Assembly (NCBI RefSeq): GCF_009914755.1
Contig: NC_060926.1
Strand: one strand, 5' to 3'
Origin: the human T2T-CHM13v2.0 reference genome, Homo sapiens
DNA: 64,000 bases
Shown in pieces: positions 1-12,270 of this stretch; position 1 is the first letter of the stretch; every line of letters starts with the position of its first letter. A program made the translations under genes and the position numbers. Under the pieces are notes generated by a model that saw nothing but the letters and a program-made list of their open reading frames with translations, did not search any database and was not told the origin of the DNA.

Positions 1-645
1 CCACCTCACGCTACCTAGAATGTCCATAATCAAAATCGTACAGCAACCTCGAAAAAAATGGTTTGTCGGTTTCTTAAAAACTCAAGTGTAATTTTCCCAT
101 ACAACCCAGGAATTCCCCCCTGCCCACCCCCCTGGGAAACTACCCAATGGAAATGAAAAGGTCTGGCAATACAAAAAGTTGTAAACAGATTGTTATAGCA
201 GTATTGTTCATAACAACCAAAACATCCAAATGTTCATCAACTGATGAGTATATAAACAAAATGTGATATATGTAGATGTACCCTAGAATTGTATTCAAGA
301 AGAAAAAGGAACAAACTGATACATGTGACAACATGGATGAACCTCGACAAACACTATAGTGAGTGAAATATGCCAGACACAGAAGACTTCATATGATATG
401 AAATGTCTGGAAAGGCCAAAGCTCTAGAGACAGTAAGCAGGTCAGTGGCTGCCTAGGGCTTATGGGAACAGAGATGGACTGCAGGTGGGAAGGAGGGATC
501 TTTTTGGGATGATGGAAATGTTCTAAAACTGCATTGTGGTGATGGTTACATAACTGTAAATTTGCCAAAAATCATTAAATTATGCACTTAAAACAAGTGA
601 ATTTTTCACTAGATGGAAATTATACTTCATTAACCGTATTAAAAC
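1..645 (+). mobile_element. Old L1 (L1MB/L1ME-like) 3' end fragment
   Basis: Typical L1M 3' motifs (caaatgttcatcaactgatga, acatggatgaacct, gatggaaatgttctaaaact). Confidence 0.8.
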
Positions 646-699
646 TGTATTCATCCTGCTCTAGAATTGATGGTCTCAGATGATGAATAAGGGTGGATA

Positions 700-1560
700 A
701 ATAGGGACACTTAAATTGGGAGCCTTTCTTACAACGTTGATGGTTGTTTGTGTGTGTGTTTGTTTTTTTCCCCAAGTTTCAATCTCCACTGAAATGCCAC
801 ACCAATGCTTGGATTTATAAGGTGGCCTAGACCAATGTGTGGGTTTTTTCTTTTCTGTTTTAAAACTTCCCTTGAGAAAATAAATGGTAATGGAGAGAAC
901 TATTTAACAAGGTCCTGGTTTCTCTTGCAACACAGTAGCTAAACTTGTGTGCCTTTATGTGCATTTGTGTAGGAATCAGCTTGGTAGATGGTATCTTTCC
1001 CCATCATGGGCAATATTAGCACCTGCAGAGAAATGACACCTTGATCTCAGTTTCAAGCCCATCTCCCACCAGTCCTAGGCCCTGTTCAGCCAAGCAGGGC
1101 TGTTGGTTTATGTGTGCTGCAGCAGCGGGCATAATGAATAATTTACCCAGTGGACAAAAGGTGTATACCAAGTGAATTTAAATAATTGGTGTGGATTGGC
1201 TAGCAGCTAGAAGTGAGCTGTTAAAGAGAGATATGGAAGATTGAAAGTTTTGTTTTATTTTAAGCCTATTGATTGTAGATAATGAAAAGCTTCATGTCTG
1301 CTCTCCTTTCAAATATTTGCATCTAAAACTGTTTTTTCCACTCTCCTACCTTGCCCCTGTTAAAATAGAAATGGGGATTGATCTACATCCCGCTCCTGAA
1401 TACACGTAAAATTTGTACAAAAATATCTTCTATAAAAATGATTTGTAATCTGTAGACTTAATACTTGGGAGATGGCTTGAGATGTAAAATCCCATCCTTT
1501 GGGTTGTGGGTTTTTTGTTTTCTCCAGATAAATCTGATCTTTAAAGTTCAAAACAAAACA
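700..1560 (+). pseudogene. Probable retrocopied mRNA 3'UTR fragment (5'-truncated processed pseudogene)
   Basis: Non-repeat, U-rich, 3'UTR-like sequence ending in a decayed poly(A) signal (GATAAA about 1527), followed about 17 nt later by an A-rich tail AAAACAAAACA. It resembles my recollection of the THRAP3 3'UTR (unverified). Confidence 0.55.
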
Positions 1561-1754
1561 CCCCCTATTTATCAAATATGTGTGTTTAAAAAGACTGGAA
1601 GAAAACGAGAGAAAATAATAGCTTCTATTGTCTTTGGGTAATAAGATCATGTGTGGTTTCCCCTTTATTTTTATTTATTTTCTCCATTTTTTTCCCCTAC
1701 ATTTTCTGAGTGTTCTACAACAGGCCTGCAGTTCTTGGATAATCAGAAAAACAG

Positions 1755-1756
<2 letters not shown>

Positions 1757-1794
<38 letters not shown>

Positions 1795-1809
1795 TGTGTG
1801 TGTGTGTGT
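1757..1809. repeat. Compound (AG)n(GT)n microsatellite
   Basis: Directly visible. Confidence 0.97.
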
Positions 1810-1894
1810 AGCAGCATGCAGATGAGGCGAAACTTGTTTGCTTGCTTTGGTGGGAGAAGTTGTCATTTTAAAGATGCAGGTGCTTCTCTAACAG

Positions 1895-2045
1895 GAAAAG
1901 CAAAGCACATTCCCTTTATCCGGGCAGAACCCCAGAGCTGGCCTCCATAGCTATGCACCTGGGAACAGGCATCTTGTGTTGATGAAGGCTGTCCCTGGAA
2001 ATATCCCTTGGAATGCAGAATTCACGATTCACAGCAAGAGTGTGG
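1895..2045 (+). pseudogene. Candidate relic exon (phase 0->1): EKQSTFPLSGQNPRAGLHSYAPGNRHLVLMKAVPGNIPWNAEFTIHSKSV
   Basis: ttctctaacag| acceptor, open frame, G|gtgagc donor. Confidence 0.5.
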
Positions 2046-2109
2046 GTGAGCACACAGTGGGAGAAGCCTCTTGGAGGAAAAGGGATGGAGACCTTGACTC
2101 CTTCCCTTT

Positions 2110-2930
2110 CACATTTTTAAGAAAAAATTTGATTGACAATAATATACATCAGAAAAGTGCACAAATCATAAATGAACTCGGTTAAACTAACACCAAGATC
2201 AAGGCACAGAACATTCCAGAAGCTACCTTGTGCCCCCGCCCAGTCACTGACTCTCCCAAGAGTAACTTCTCTTCTGACTTTTTATGCCCACCGTTGATCC
2301 CTTTTTACTGTTTTTAAATTTCATATATATATGAAGTATGTTCATATATATATATGAAGTATGTTCATATATATATGAAGTATGTTCATATATATATGAA
2401 GTATGTTCATATATATATATGAAGTATGTTCATATATATATGAAGTATGTTCATATATATATGAAGTATGTTCATATATATATATGAAGTATGTTCATAT
2501 ATATATATGAAGTATGTTCATATATATATATGAACAAGTGTGTTAATCAAAAGCCTGCAGTATGTTCTTTGCGTCCATTTCTTTTGCTCAATATTATGTT
2601 TGTGGGATGTACACATGCTGTCACAAGAAACAGTGGCTTGTCCACTCTCATTACTGTATATGATCTTTTGGTGATTAAACTTCAATTTCTTCCTTTATTC
2701 ACTGCTGGTAGATCTTTGTATTCACAGGAGTTTTGACTCCTGTGAATATTCCCCCACATTTGTGTGCACACACATCCACCCTTGTTGGGCATGCACCTAG
2801 GGACGAAATTGCTGGGCTCGGGGTGCAGCATGGATTTAGCTTCAGTACATACTGCCGAATGGTTGCCCAAAATGATTGTACCACTCTCACCCCCCAGCTT
2901 CAGGCTATGACAGTTTTGCCTCTCCACACC
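2110..2930 (-). mobile_element. Old L1 fragment (antisense) interrupted by a tandem array
   Basis: accaagatcaag...agaacattcca and gaaattgctggg...ttgtaccactctcacccc motifs of antisense L1M. Confidence 0.7.
2320..2534. repeat. Ten-copy 21/23-bp tandem array of the palindrome TTC(AT)5-6GAA + GTATG spacer
   Basis: Counted directly. Confidence 0.95.
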
Positions 2931-3124
2931 TGGATGCAGAGGCACTGGCTCTTTTGGACTGAGGCCCCAAGTCTTGTGGTCAATTGCACTTATGCATACT
3001 CAATGGCTCATTTGAATATGTTAATATTAAAAAGGAGATGTGGCTGGGGAAGAGGGTCATACCAGTAATGTATATACATAAGTGAATTACTTTTCAGACC
3101 ATCAGAAAGAATAATGTGTTTTCA

Positions 3125-3482
<358 letters not shown>

Positions 3483-3759
3483 CTACCCACCCACCAAGTG
3501 AATAAGCTGCTTTGAAAAATATTATTCTGGGTGAGTTTCCACTCCACAGTATAGGCCAGAGTAGCAGATTGCTGAGACACCACCCACAAAGTGCTCCACA
3601 TCAGTGTTGAATAAAAGGTTGTTTCTGGAACTTCCCACTTGGTCTCAGATGGTCAATTTAAAGCATAATCTGCCAAAGGAGTAACAGGTAGATGTAAGCC
3701 TTGCTCTCCACTGAACAAATAGGTCTTCTCTCACTTCAATGCTTCTACTTTACTGCTAG

Positions 3760-3819
3760 GGGAAACCGATATCCAGTGCTCAGCCACTTCACGCACTGTG
3801 GAAGTGCCACTCTATAGAT
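3760..3819 (+). pseudogene. Candidate relic exon (1->1): GETDIQCSATSRTVEVPLYR
   Basis: cttctactttactgctag| acceptor, 60 nt open, T|gtgagg donor. Confidence 0.35.
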
Positions 3820-3974
3820 GTGAGGGCCCACCTCTACTTGCTCTTTCCTCTTCCATGTGACAGCCACCACCTGGTGCCCCACCTTTCTCTTGCGCCACCA
3901 AGGCAGTCAAAAGGCTGGAGGACGCCTTCTTGCCTGGTGGAAAGAGGGTAGGCCTTCACATGGTTTTGCCTGGG

Positions 3975-4170
3975 ATGAGTCCTGCCTCTGTCACTTCCTA
4001 CTAACTGTAAGACTCTGGGCAAGTTCTGAATCCCCCTAGCCTTTGTTCTGGCCTCAGGGAAATTAGGATAGTGCCCATCTCCTAGAGTTTACAAGGATGA
4101 ACCTGTGTAATGAATCTCCAGTCCATGTGTCTTTTGGGAACACAGTAGGCACTCAATAATACTTGCTATT
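3975..4170. mobile_element. MIR fragment
   Basis: ctctgtcacttcctactaactgt...ctgggcaagtt and acagtaggcactcaataat motifs. Confidence 0.55.
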
Positions 4171-4199
4171 TGTACATTTCAAGTCATCTTCTCTTTTAG

Positions 4200-4361
4200 G
4201 TGCAGGTGCAGAACCCACCTATTCAAACGGTCTAGAGACAGAGTGTGGGGCTGCGGCCCAGCCCTTGTTGAAAATTTACATCACTTGCAAAGCTCCATTG
4301 TGAAATACCGAAACATCGATGTGGAAGAAAGGAAGACAAAGCCCAGACTCTGAATCAACTG
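4200..4361 (+). pseudogene. Candidate relic exon (1->1, 162 nt) with in-frame TGA at 4301: AGAEPTYSNGLETECGAAAQPLLKIYITCKAPL*NTETSMWKKGRQSPDSEST
   Basis: tcatcttctcttttag| acceptor, G|gtaggt donor, length divisible by 3. Confidence 0.5.
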
Positions 4362-5139
4362 GTAGGTGTCTGCGTTTCAGCGGCTCCGCAGGAGGGTGGG
4401 CCCAGTGACTCACCATAGCGATCCTTTTACTTTTACTAGTGACCAATCTGAGTTTTTTCATTACACGGCAATGATTCACCATTTGCTGTCATGGTTATGT
4501 AATTGAGGCTGTTTTTATCTGTTGGGGTGTCTGCATCTGTATTTCTATGTCACCGCTGGGAAGCTTTGGAGAATTTTCTTTTTTAAACAACCTGATACAT
4601 GCCATAACAAACCATTGTTGAAATACCATCCCTTGAGAATGAAATCACCTGCCTCCTCATTCTCTAGGAAGTGAGTGGCTGAATGGGGACTAATCCCTAG
4701 AATTGGAGCCAGGAGATCACAACCTAGGCCTGGCCTTGTCACACAGACTCTCCCAGTGTCTCTTACTTTCTCTGGCCTCAGTTATTCCATCTTAACATGA
4801 GGTGAACTGTATCAAACCTAAGTTTTGATATTCAAAAGATGTATAATTTTGAATTTTTCTCAATGAGCCTTTCTGCCAAACAAGATTTTTAGAGTATTTC
4901 CTATGAAATCCCAAGCATGTGGCAATTCTAAGGTAGATATGGAGACTAAGTTACAAGGTAGGGTGGGAAAAAACAATGGATTTATGCCAGACTTTTTGAA
5001 AAAAATCTCACCTTGGAGGAATGGGTTTTCCATCATTTGTCCATCCCTCCTATGTTATATATAATAAACAGAAGGAGGTTAAAAATGCACTGGTACCTCC
5101 ACCATCATTCTGTTTATGGTACCAACAGACCTAGATCAG

Positions 5140-5280
5140 GCCAGAAGGAGTGGGCCTCACAGAGCCCATTATTGCACTTATACTTGCTTTGCTCATCCCC
5201 TGCAAGAGCTCAGAGCTCCATGTTCCAGGATTGGATGAGTAATATCAGCCCCTTGGACACACCATTGGGTCACCCTGCCA
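5140..5280 (+). pseudogene. Candidate relic exon (frame and acceptor ambiguous)
   Basis: A|gtaaga donor at 5281; alternative acceptors at 5128 and 5139; the phase 1->1 reading is open. Confidence 0.25.
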
Positions 5281-5299
5281 GTAAGAGACAGATTTGTGA

Positions 5300-6600
5300 T
5301 AGCCACTCAGTTCGAACATTTTTTTCACTTTTATTTTTATTTTTTGTCCTTGGCATTTGTTGAGCTTCTTTAATGTATGGATTGACATCTTTTGGTTCAT
5401 TCCAAAAAATTATCAGACATTATCTCTTTAAATAATAATTTTGCCCCCATCTCCCTTGCTTCTCCTTCTGGAATACCCCCTAAATGTATTTAGACCTTCT
5501 CACTCTATCCTCCTCTTTTTCATGATTTTCATCTTTCTGTTGTTCTGTGCTATCATTTGGATAATTTTTTCTGACCCATCTTCCAGTTCACTAATTCTCT
5601 CTTTGCCTATATCTAATTTCCTATTAAATCCACCTATTAAATTTAAAGTTTCAGTTATTATATTTTTCATTTTTATAAGAAAGATCTATTTGATTTTCGA
5701 AAAACCTGCCAAATCAGTTTTTTCATAGTTCTCTGTTTCCTGCAAATATCTTTAAGCTTGTATTGTTTTTTCAACATAACAATTGTATAATTTCTTTCCT
5801 ATTATTTCATTATATGAAATATTTGGGAGTAGTTTAGCTGTTTGTTTTTTCTGCTTATTCATGCTCATGTTGCCTTATTTCCTTGTGTGCTTCCTTATTT
5901 TTCACTAAGTGCTGCTTGCTTTCTTTTCTTTTTTCTTTTTTTTGAGATGGAGTCTCACTCTATCACCAGGCTGAAGTGCAGTGGCGCAATCTTGACTCAC
6001 TGAAACCTCCGCCTCCTGGGTTCAAGCGATTCTCCTGCCTCAGCCTCCCGAGTAGCTGAAACTACGGGCATGCTCCACTACACCCAGCTAATTTTTGTAT
6101 TTTTAGTAGAGACGGGGGCTTCACCATGTTGGCCAGGATGGTCTCAATCTCTTGACCTCGTGATCCACCCGCCTCGGCCTCCCGAAATGCTAGGATTACA
6201 GGCATAAGCCACCATGGCCAGCCTGCTTACTTTCTTGAGATATTACTTGATGATAATTCTTTGAGATCTCGGATGAATGTGACATCTGCCTGAAAGAATT
6301 TGCACTTGCATCTGCCATGCACCTAGGGACACTTCCACTCCAAGATCACCTTCATCTGAATTTGTTCCTGGAAAATTTCTGGGCCATTCAGGGGGTGTGA
6401 ATTTGGGTACCAGTCTGCACAAGGGTCAGTGTTTGGATACAGCTTCACAGAGATGAGCTTTTCTCCCGCTCTCCTCAGTGCCAAGAAACATTTCCTTGTT
6501 ATTTCTAAAGGGGGGTTTGAGGGAGAGAATGCAAAAATTTACTTCGGGTTCATGCTAATCCTGGGTGTGTAACCCTTTAGAGTTCTAGCATAATGGGCTA
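5300..6600 (-). mobile_element. Old L1 fragment (antisense), Alu-interrupted
   Basis: T-rich antisense L1 motifs (tcttccagttcactaattctctct, ttcagttattatatttttc). Confidence 0.65.
5920..6222 (-). mobile_element. Alu (AluSc-like)
   Basis: Antisense dimer, TSD TGCTT(G/A)CTTTCTT. Confidence 0.95.
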
Positions 6601-6884
6601 AAGATCTTCTGGTTGGTTCTCAGCCTTACATGGATTCTGGGATTGGGATTCTGATTCTCGGCTTGAAATTCTGACAGGTGAATTTTCTTCTAAGCACAGT
6701 GATTAATCTATTGGCAGTGCACTAAATCTTGGAAAATTGTGGAAGGAGACAAGTCTCCTTGAAATGAAACATGACATTCTTCTTGCTACATCAGATATGG
6801 TTGGTTCTTGCTCAGGTTAAACAACCTGAAGCCATAAAAACTACAAAACCAACTTTCGAGAATTTTAGCGGTTTTAAATGTACA

Positions 6885-7350
6885 GGATGAATCAGTTAGG
6901 AATGCTTTCCACTACAAGTAGTAGCAATGTGACAAATAGAAGCTTATTTTTCTTACATAACAAGAAGTCTAAAGATAGACAGTTGGTGGTATTGGTTCAC
7001 CTGCTCAGGAATGCCCTAGCGGGCAGGGGAGGGTCAAAGCTCTTTGCATGTTTCTTATCTGGGATTCTAACGCTTCCTCATGCTTATCGCCTCATAGTTA
7101 CATAATGGCCACCATAATGTTAGGCATTATGTCCATGTTTAAGACAGGAAAAAGAGGAAAGAGCACCAGTCACATCTGTCCCTTTTATAGGGAGGCCAAT
7201 GGTTCCCCAAAGGCCTCCCAGCAGACCCCTCACAATGTATCTCATTGTCCAAGACTCAGTCACATGCCTGTTGCCGGCTGTGGGAAGGCTTGAGGAACAG
7301 GTGGCAAAATGGAATCAGACTGTCACGGTCAGTTCAGACCATTCGCGGTG
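6885..7350. mobile_element. Old MaLR LTR (MLT1-like)
   Basis: tcagttaggaatgcttt...tcttacataacaagaagtct...agtcacatgcc pattern. Confidence 0.55.
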
Positions 7351-7564
7351 CTCCCCTTGGACACTGGACACAGTCAGGAGCATGCTGGAAAGGCAGAGGG
7401 GAGACTGGCTGTGGAAAGCAACCCAGAGCCATGAGCTTGGAGCTTGCTGTGCCCACTGCCCACTTTCCAGCAAAGCAGCACAAAGTCAACATACAGAAAA
7501 AGCCTGCCTTGTTGGGAGCCTCCAGAAAGTGGGCTTCAAAGTGGAAGGACAGGTTTCCTGACAG

Positions 7565-8270
7565 AACACACACCACACGCGCACACACACACCACACACA
7601 TATACACCACACACCACACACAGGACACACACATACACCACACACATACTACACACACACCACACACACATACACCACACACACGACATACACATACACA
7701 ACACACAACACAGACACACTACACACACACCACACACATATACTACACACACACCACACACACACACCACACACACACGACACACACATACACCACACAC
7801 ACCAGACACACTACACACACACCACACACATATACTACACACACACCACACACGCATACACCACACACACACGACACACACATACACCACACACACCACA
7901 GACACACTACACACACACCACACACATATACTACACACACACCACACACACACCACATCACACACACATACACCACACAGACCCACATACATACCACACA
8001 CATACACACCACACACACCATACACACACAGGCACCACATACACACCACACCACACACACGCCACACACTACACACACAGTACACACACATATACCATAC
8101 AGATACCAAATACACATACCACATACCACACACCACACATACCACATACCACACACACATACACAATACATATCACACACACACAGACACCACAAACACA
8201 TATACCACATACATACCACACAGACACCACATACACATACTTCACACACACAATGACACACACACACACA
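7565..8270. repeat. CA-rich degenerate tandem repeat with about 94-bp higher-order units
   Basis: Directly visible; cagacacactacacacacaccacacacatatactac recurs at about 7711, 7804 and 7899. Confidence 0.95.
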
Positions 8271-8420
8271 GAATGCCTGGGAGAGAAGGCGCCCTTCACA
8301 GAAGGTCCCTCTCGGATGTGGATCAGGCCAGGGGAGTCCAGCCGAGGTCAGGGCAGAGAGGGCACGCAGGCCCAGGCCAGGCCTCTGGGTGAGGATGCCC
8401 ATCAGCTTTTCCTCTTTCAG

Positions 8421-8571
8421 TGCCAGAACGAGGTGTGGGGAGTGGCACTGGGATCAGGGGATGTCCTCCCTAATTATGATCCCTTCAGAAAGTCATGCTC
8501 GCAGTATTTCACTCTCAGCGTGAGCATCAGAGGGCCAGGGTCCAAGAGGGTGCACTTGCCCCACTCTGAAG
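8421..8571 (+). pseudogene. Candidate relic exon (0->1): CQNEVWGVALGSGDVLPNYDPFRKSCSQYFTLSVSIRGPGSKRVHLPHSE
   Basis: cttttcctctttcag| acceptor, open frame, AAG|gtgagg donor. Confidence 0.45.
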
Positions 8572-8919
8572 GTGAGGCTTCGGAGGTCTTGGTGGCCGTC
8601 CCACCCTCTGGGTCGGTACCATAACTCGGCCTGTCTTTGGCTGGATCTCTAGCTGGGCCTGCCTCTTAGACCTGAATGTGGAAGCCTGGCCACACACACC
8701 AGTGCCCCGCTGCCTCCATGTTCCCACCACGGGCAAAACACTGCTGTTCTTCAGTTCCAGGGGTTGGCGAGTGACAGACTGGGCTTCCCGAGGTGGGTGC
8801 CTACGGGGCGTGGACAGCAGAAATCCATCCCTGCACGGCCTTCTAGGGAGGAAGGAGCAGGCTTTTTCCATGCTGCCCGGAAGGGTTTTCTTTTCTTTTC
8901 TCTTATGTGCACTCCCCAG

Positions 8920-9090
8920 ACCTAAGGCCCTCGCACCTGCTATTATTCCTCTGCCTAAGATGTTACCCCCAGAGACAACGTGGTGTCGATCTGTCTACAG
9001 AGCCTTCAGATCTCAGGTCCTTACGGTCTCCCGGCCGGGCTCTCGTGTTATCTGCTCCCAGAGCAAGCCGCACTTCTCCTCCCCAGCACT
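8920..9090 (+). pseudogene. Candidate relic exon (171 nt; reading frame uncertain)
   Basis: Long polypyrimidine tract ending ...ctccccag|, T|gtgaat donor; the phase 1->1 frame is open. Confidence 0.4.
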
Positions 9091-9959
9091 GTGAATTCCC
9101 TTCCAAATGCTTCTTCACTACCCCGCTTTCCCATCAGATTGGAACCTGCATAAGGCCTGGAACTCCAACTGTTTCATTGACTGCTATATTATCAGTGTCT
9201 GGCACATACATAGCAGGCTCTGAACACACATTTGTTGAATGAATAAAGGAATGGAAAACCTAAATCCACAAATGGAAGACTGCATCAGGACACGTGAAAC
9301 TGCTCATGATACAATGTTAAGATACAGATAGATAGAAAAATAAATATATATTCTAAAGAAGTAAAGGAGAAGGCATACAATTATATATATGATATGATAG
9401 AATTTCAGGAAACAAGCCCACAGGAAAATACTGGGAGTAAGATGGAAAGAAATAAAATATTAACCAAAATCAATTTTAATATTTTTGTAACTTTCTGTAA
9501 TTGCTAAATGCTATGTAATCTTTTTTTTTTTTTTTTGCCTTCAACATGAAAAAGATGTGTGACTCCTTCAATGGACGGAGGCCAGAAGGCAAGAAGACTC
9601 TGGATAAGCATGGGGAACACTGGCTCCTGGTCAGAGCCGCCCTGGGCAGAGGGCACATCCAGTTGATGAGGATACCGCAGGGGGGCTGGGAGCCCATGGG
9701 GCAGCAGCCGTGAGGGGCACGGACGCCTAGAAAGGTCGATGGCTGCAGTGACCTAGCTGGTCCCCAGGGCACTGAGATTCTTCTGAACAGCAGGTCCCAG
9801 TCAGTTGCTGACCAGGGGCCCGAATCCTGGGCATCCGCTCTGGGCACACCTCCTTGGCATATGTGGGGCATCTTATTTACCCAAAGCAGGTGTGTTCATT
9901 TAGGACCACCTGCGTGTTCACAGGAGCACTCCCTGCAGGTGGCCTTTGGTATTTCACCT

Positions 9960-10315
9960 GGATATCCGTCTGCTTGAGCTGCTGTAACCAAATACCACAG
10001 ACAGGCTGGGTGGCTTCAGCAACCGAGATCTATTTCTCACCATTCTGGAGGCTGGAAGTCTGAGGTTGAGATGCCGGTGGCTTCTGTTTCTGATGAGGGC
10101 CCATTTCCCGGCCTGCAGACGGCCACCTTCTCACTGTGTCCTCACATGACAGAGAGGGACAGCCTGAGTCTCTCTTCCTCTTCTTAGAAGGACACTAGTC
10201 CCCTCGTGGGGGCCCCACCCTCATGACTGCCCCTAAACCTAATCACCCCCCAAAGGCCCCATCTCCAAACATCATCACACTGGGGATCAGGGCTTCCACA
10301 TGAACCCTGGGAGGC
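9960..10315 (-). mobile_element. MLT1A-like MaLR LTR
   Basis: gctgctgtaaccaaataccacagac...ttctggaggctggaagtc...aaggccccatctccaaac. Confidence 0.8.
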
Positions 10316-10699
10316 AGAGGCGGGCTCTGTGTTTTAGCCAGCCCCTGGGGGGCAGAAGAGGAGACCCTGACAGTGTGGACTCCCTGGGGTGGGAAGGAGT
10401 GGGCTGAGGACGGTGAATGTAGACGGTCTTCTGGGAAGTCTCTAAGAGAAAAGAAAGTGAGAGATTGATGGGGGTGGGCGCCGTGGGATCAGGGGAAGGG
10501 TTTTGGGGTTTTGGTCTCATATTTGTTTTGAGGCAGGGATGTGCGAGCTAGGCCTGGGGAGACAGTGAGCAGGAGAGATGGAGCCCAGTCCAGGCTGGGG
10601 CAAGGGGAGGGTAGGGCTGAGGCCAGGAGGGGAGGCTGGAGGGAGGGAGGGAGGGAGATCTGACCGGGAGCCTCCATATCCTCCGAGAAGTGGAGGGTG

Positions 10700-11000
10700 T
10701 TGTGGACCGACTGCGGCTCCTGAAATGCCTGGGTTCAGCCCTAACCCCAGTGTGACTGTATAGGTAATTAAGGGTAAGTAAGGTCGTAAGCGTAAGGCCC
10801 TGATCTGATGGGGACCTCAGCCTTATCAGAGGGGCAAGGGGACTGTCCCTCCACCTCTGCCAGCCAAGAAGAGAGGCCTTGCAGAATGGACCCTAGGGGC
10901 CTCCTGACCTCAGACTTCCAGCTGAACCATGAGAACAAGCAGGAGTGCCTGCTGCTGAAGCCGTCCAGCCTGTGACGTTTCGTCACCATGAAAGCCAGGT
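10700..11000 (+). mobile_element. MaLR LTR fragment (MLT1/MST)
   Basis: ccctaaccccagtgtgactgta...tcagacttccag pattern. Confidence 0.6.
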
Positions 11001-11862
11001 GGGAAGAGGAGCTGCGGAGGGGCCGGGTGCTCCCTGAGGGGCGGGGTCAGGCTCCCAAGCTTCTCCGAGGACCCAGACCCAGGCGCTGGACAGCACCTCC
11101 CAGAAGCGAGCTCAGGCCCCTGCTGCCGTGATGGGAAAGACATAGGGTGGGCCTGATGTGGGGTGGGTTTTGTGGACCCAGGGGGCAGAAAACGGGGTGC
11201 AGGGGGACAGGGGAGGCCGGAGGAACCCTGGGGTCAGGCTGGAGAGATAAAGAAGGCCCCACTGTTGGGGGCTGGGCCCCTCTGAGAGGGGATGTCAGGA
11301 GTTGTGGGGCTTGAGGGTAGGTCAGAGAAACCTGAGGGGCAGCTGTCTGGGCATGACTGAGGGTTGTGGTCTGTCCCCTGGGGATGAGGGGGTCACCAGT
11401 GGGCATTGAAGATTCGCAAGGCTGTGACTGGGTGTGGGGGAGGGGCGGCTCTGAGCAAGCGGCCATGGGAATGGAGTGGGGGGTGGGGAGCAGTCAGGGG
11501 GCGGCCAGCGGAGCTGGTAGAGGGGGTTTTAGTCAAAGGGGGACCCCCTTGAAGACACATCCGGCCTCCCACGAAGCCTGGGGCCCCTCCCCATTCCAGC
11601 AGTTGCCTTCTAAGTCTCAGCCTCATGATCCCACACAGGCCTGCAGCCCCAGCCCTACACCCTGCCGAGTGTCCTTTCCCTCAAGGCCCTATCTGGGGTG
11701 CCAGTTACCTCCGCCTACCTCTCCCGCTCTCCTCCAACTGACAGGTCCAGCCTCAGGGCGTCCTTCTGTCCACCTGGAGCCCTCATCCCCAGACACCACA
11801 TGGAGACTCTCTACTGCCACCAGCTTCTCCTGGCTGGTCCCTTCCAGGCAGTGGGGCCCCGA

Positions 11863-12270
11863 CCCTGCTCAGCTCCCCCACCCTGCTCAGCTCCCCCACC
11901 CTGCTCAGCTCCCCCACCCTGCTCAGCTCCCCCACTCTGCTCAGCCCTCCCACCCTGCTCAGCTCCCCCAGCCTGCTCAGCCTCCTCAGCCCTCCAGCCT
12001 CCTCAGTCCCCGCCAGCCTCCTCAGCACCCCCAGTCTCCTCAGCTCCCACAGCCTCCTCAGCACCCCCAGCCCACTCAGCACCCCCAGTCTCCTCAGCTC
12101 CCACAGCCTCCTCAGCCCTCCAGCCTCCTCAGCACCCCAAGCCTCCTCAGCCCCCCAGCCTCCTCAGCACCCTTCAGCCTGCTCAGCCTCCTTAGTCCCT
12201 GCCAGCCTCCTCAGCCCCCCAGCCTCCTCAGCCCCCCAGCCTCTTCAGCACCCCCAGTCTGCTCAGCCCC
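11863..12270. repeat. C-rich minisatellite: 18-bp CCCTGCTCAGCTCCCCCA units decaying into CCTCCTCAGC-type units
   Basis: Directly visible. Confidence 0.92.

Noticed and set aside
7245-8624. 459-aa His/Thr-rich ORF and overlapping Cys/Val ORFs
   Set aside because: They are translations of the CA-rich repeat, which has few stops in most frames.
9545-9890. Possible coding segment (MKKMCDSFNG...)
   Set aside because: No convincing AG acceptor or consistent frame.
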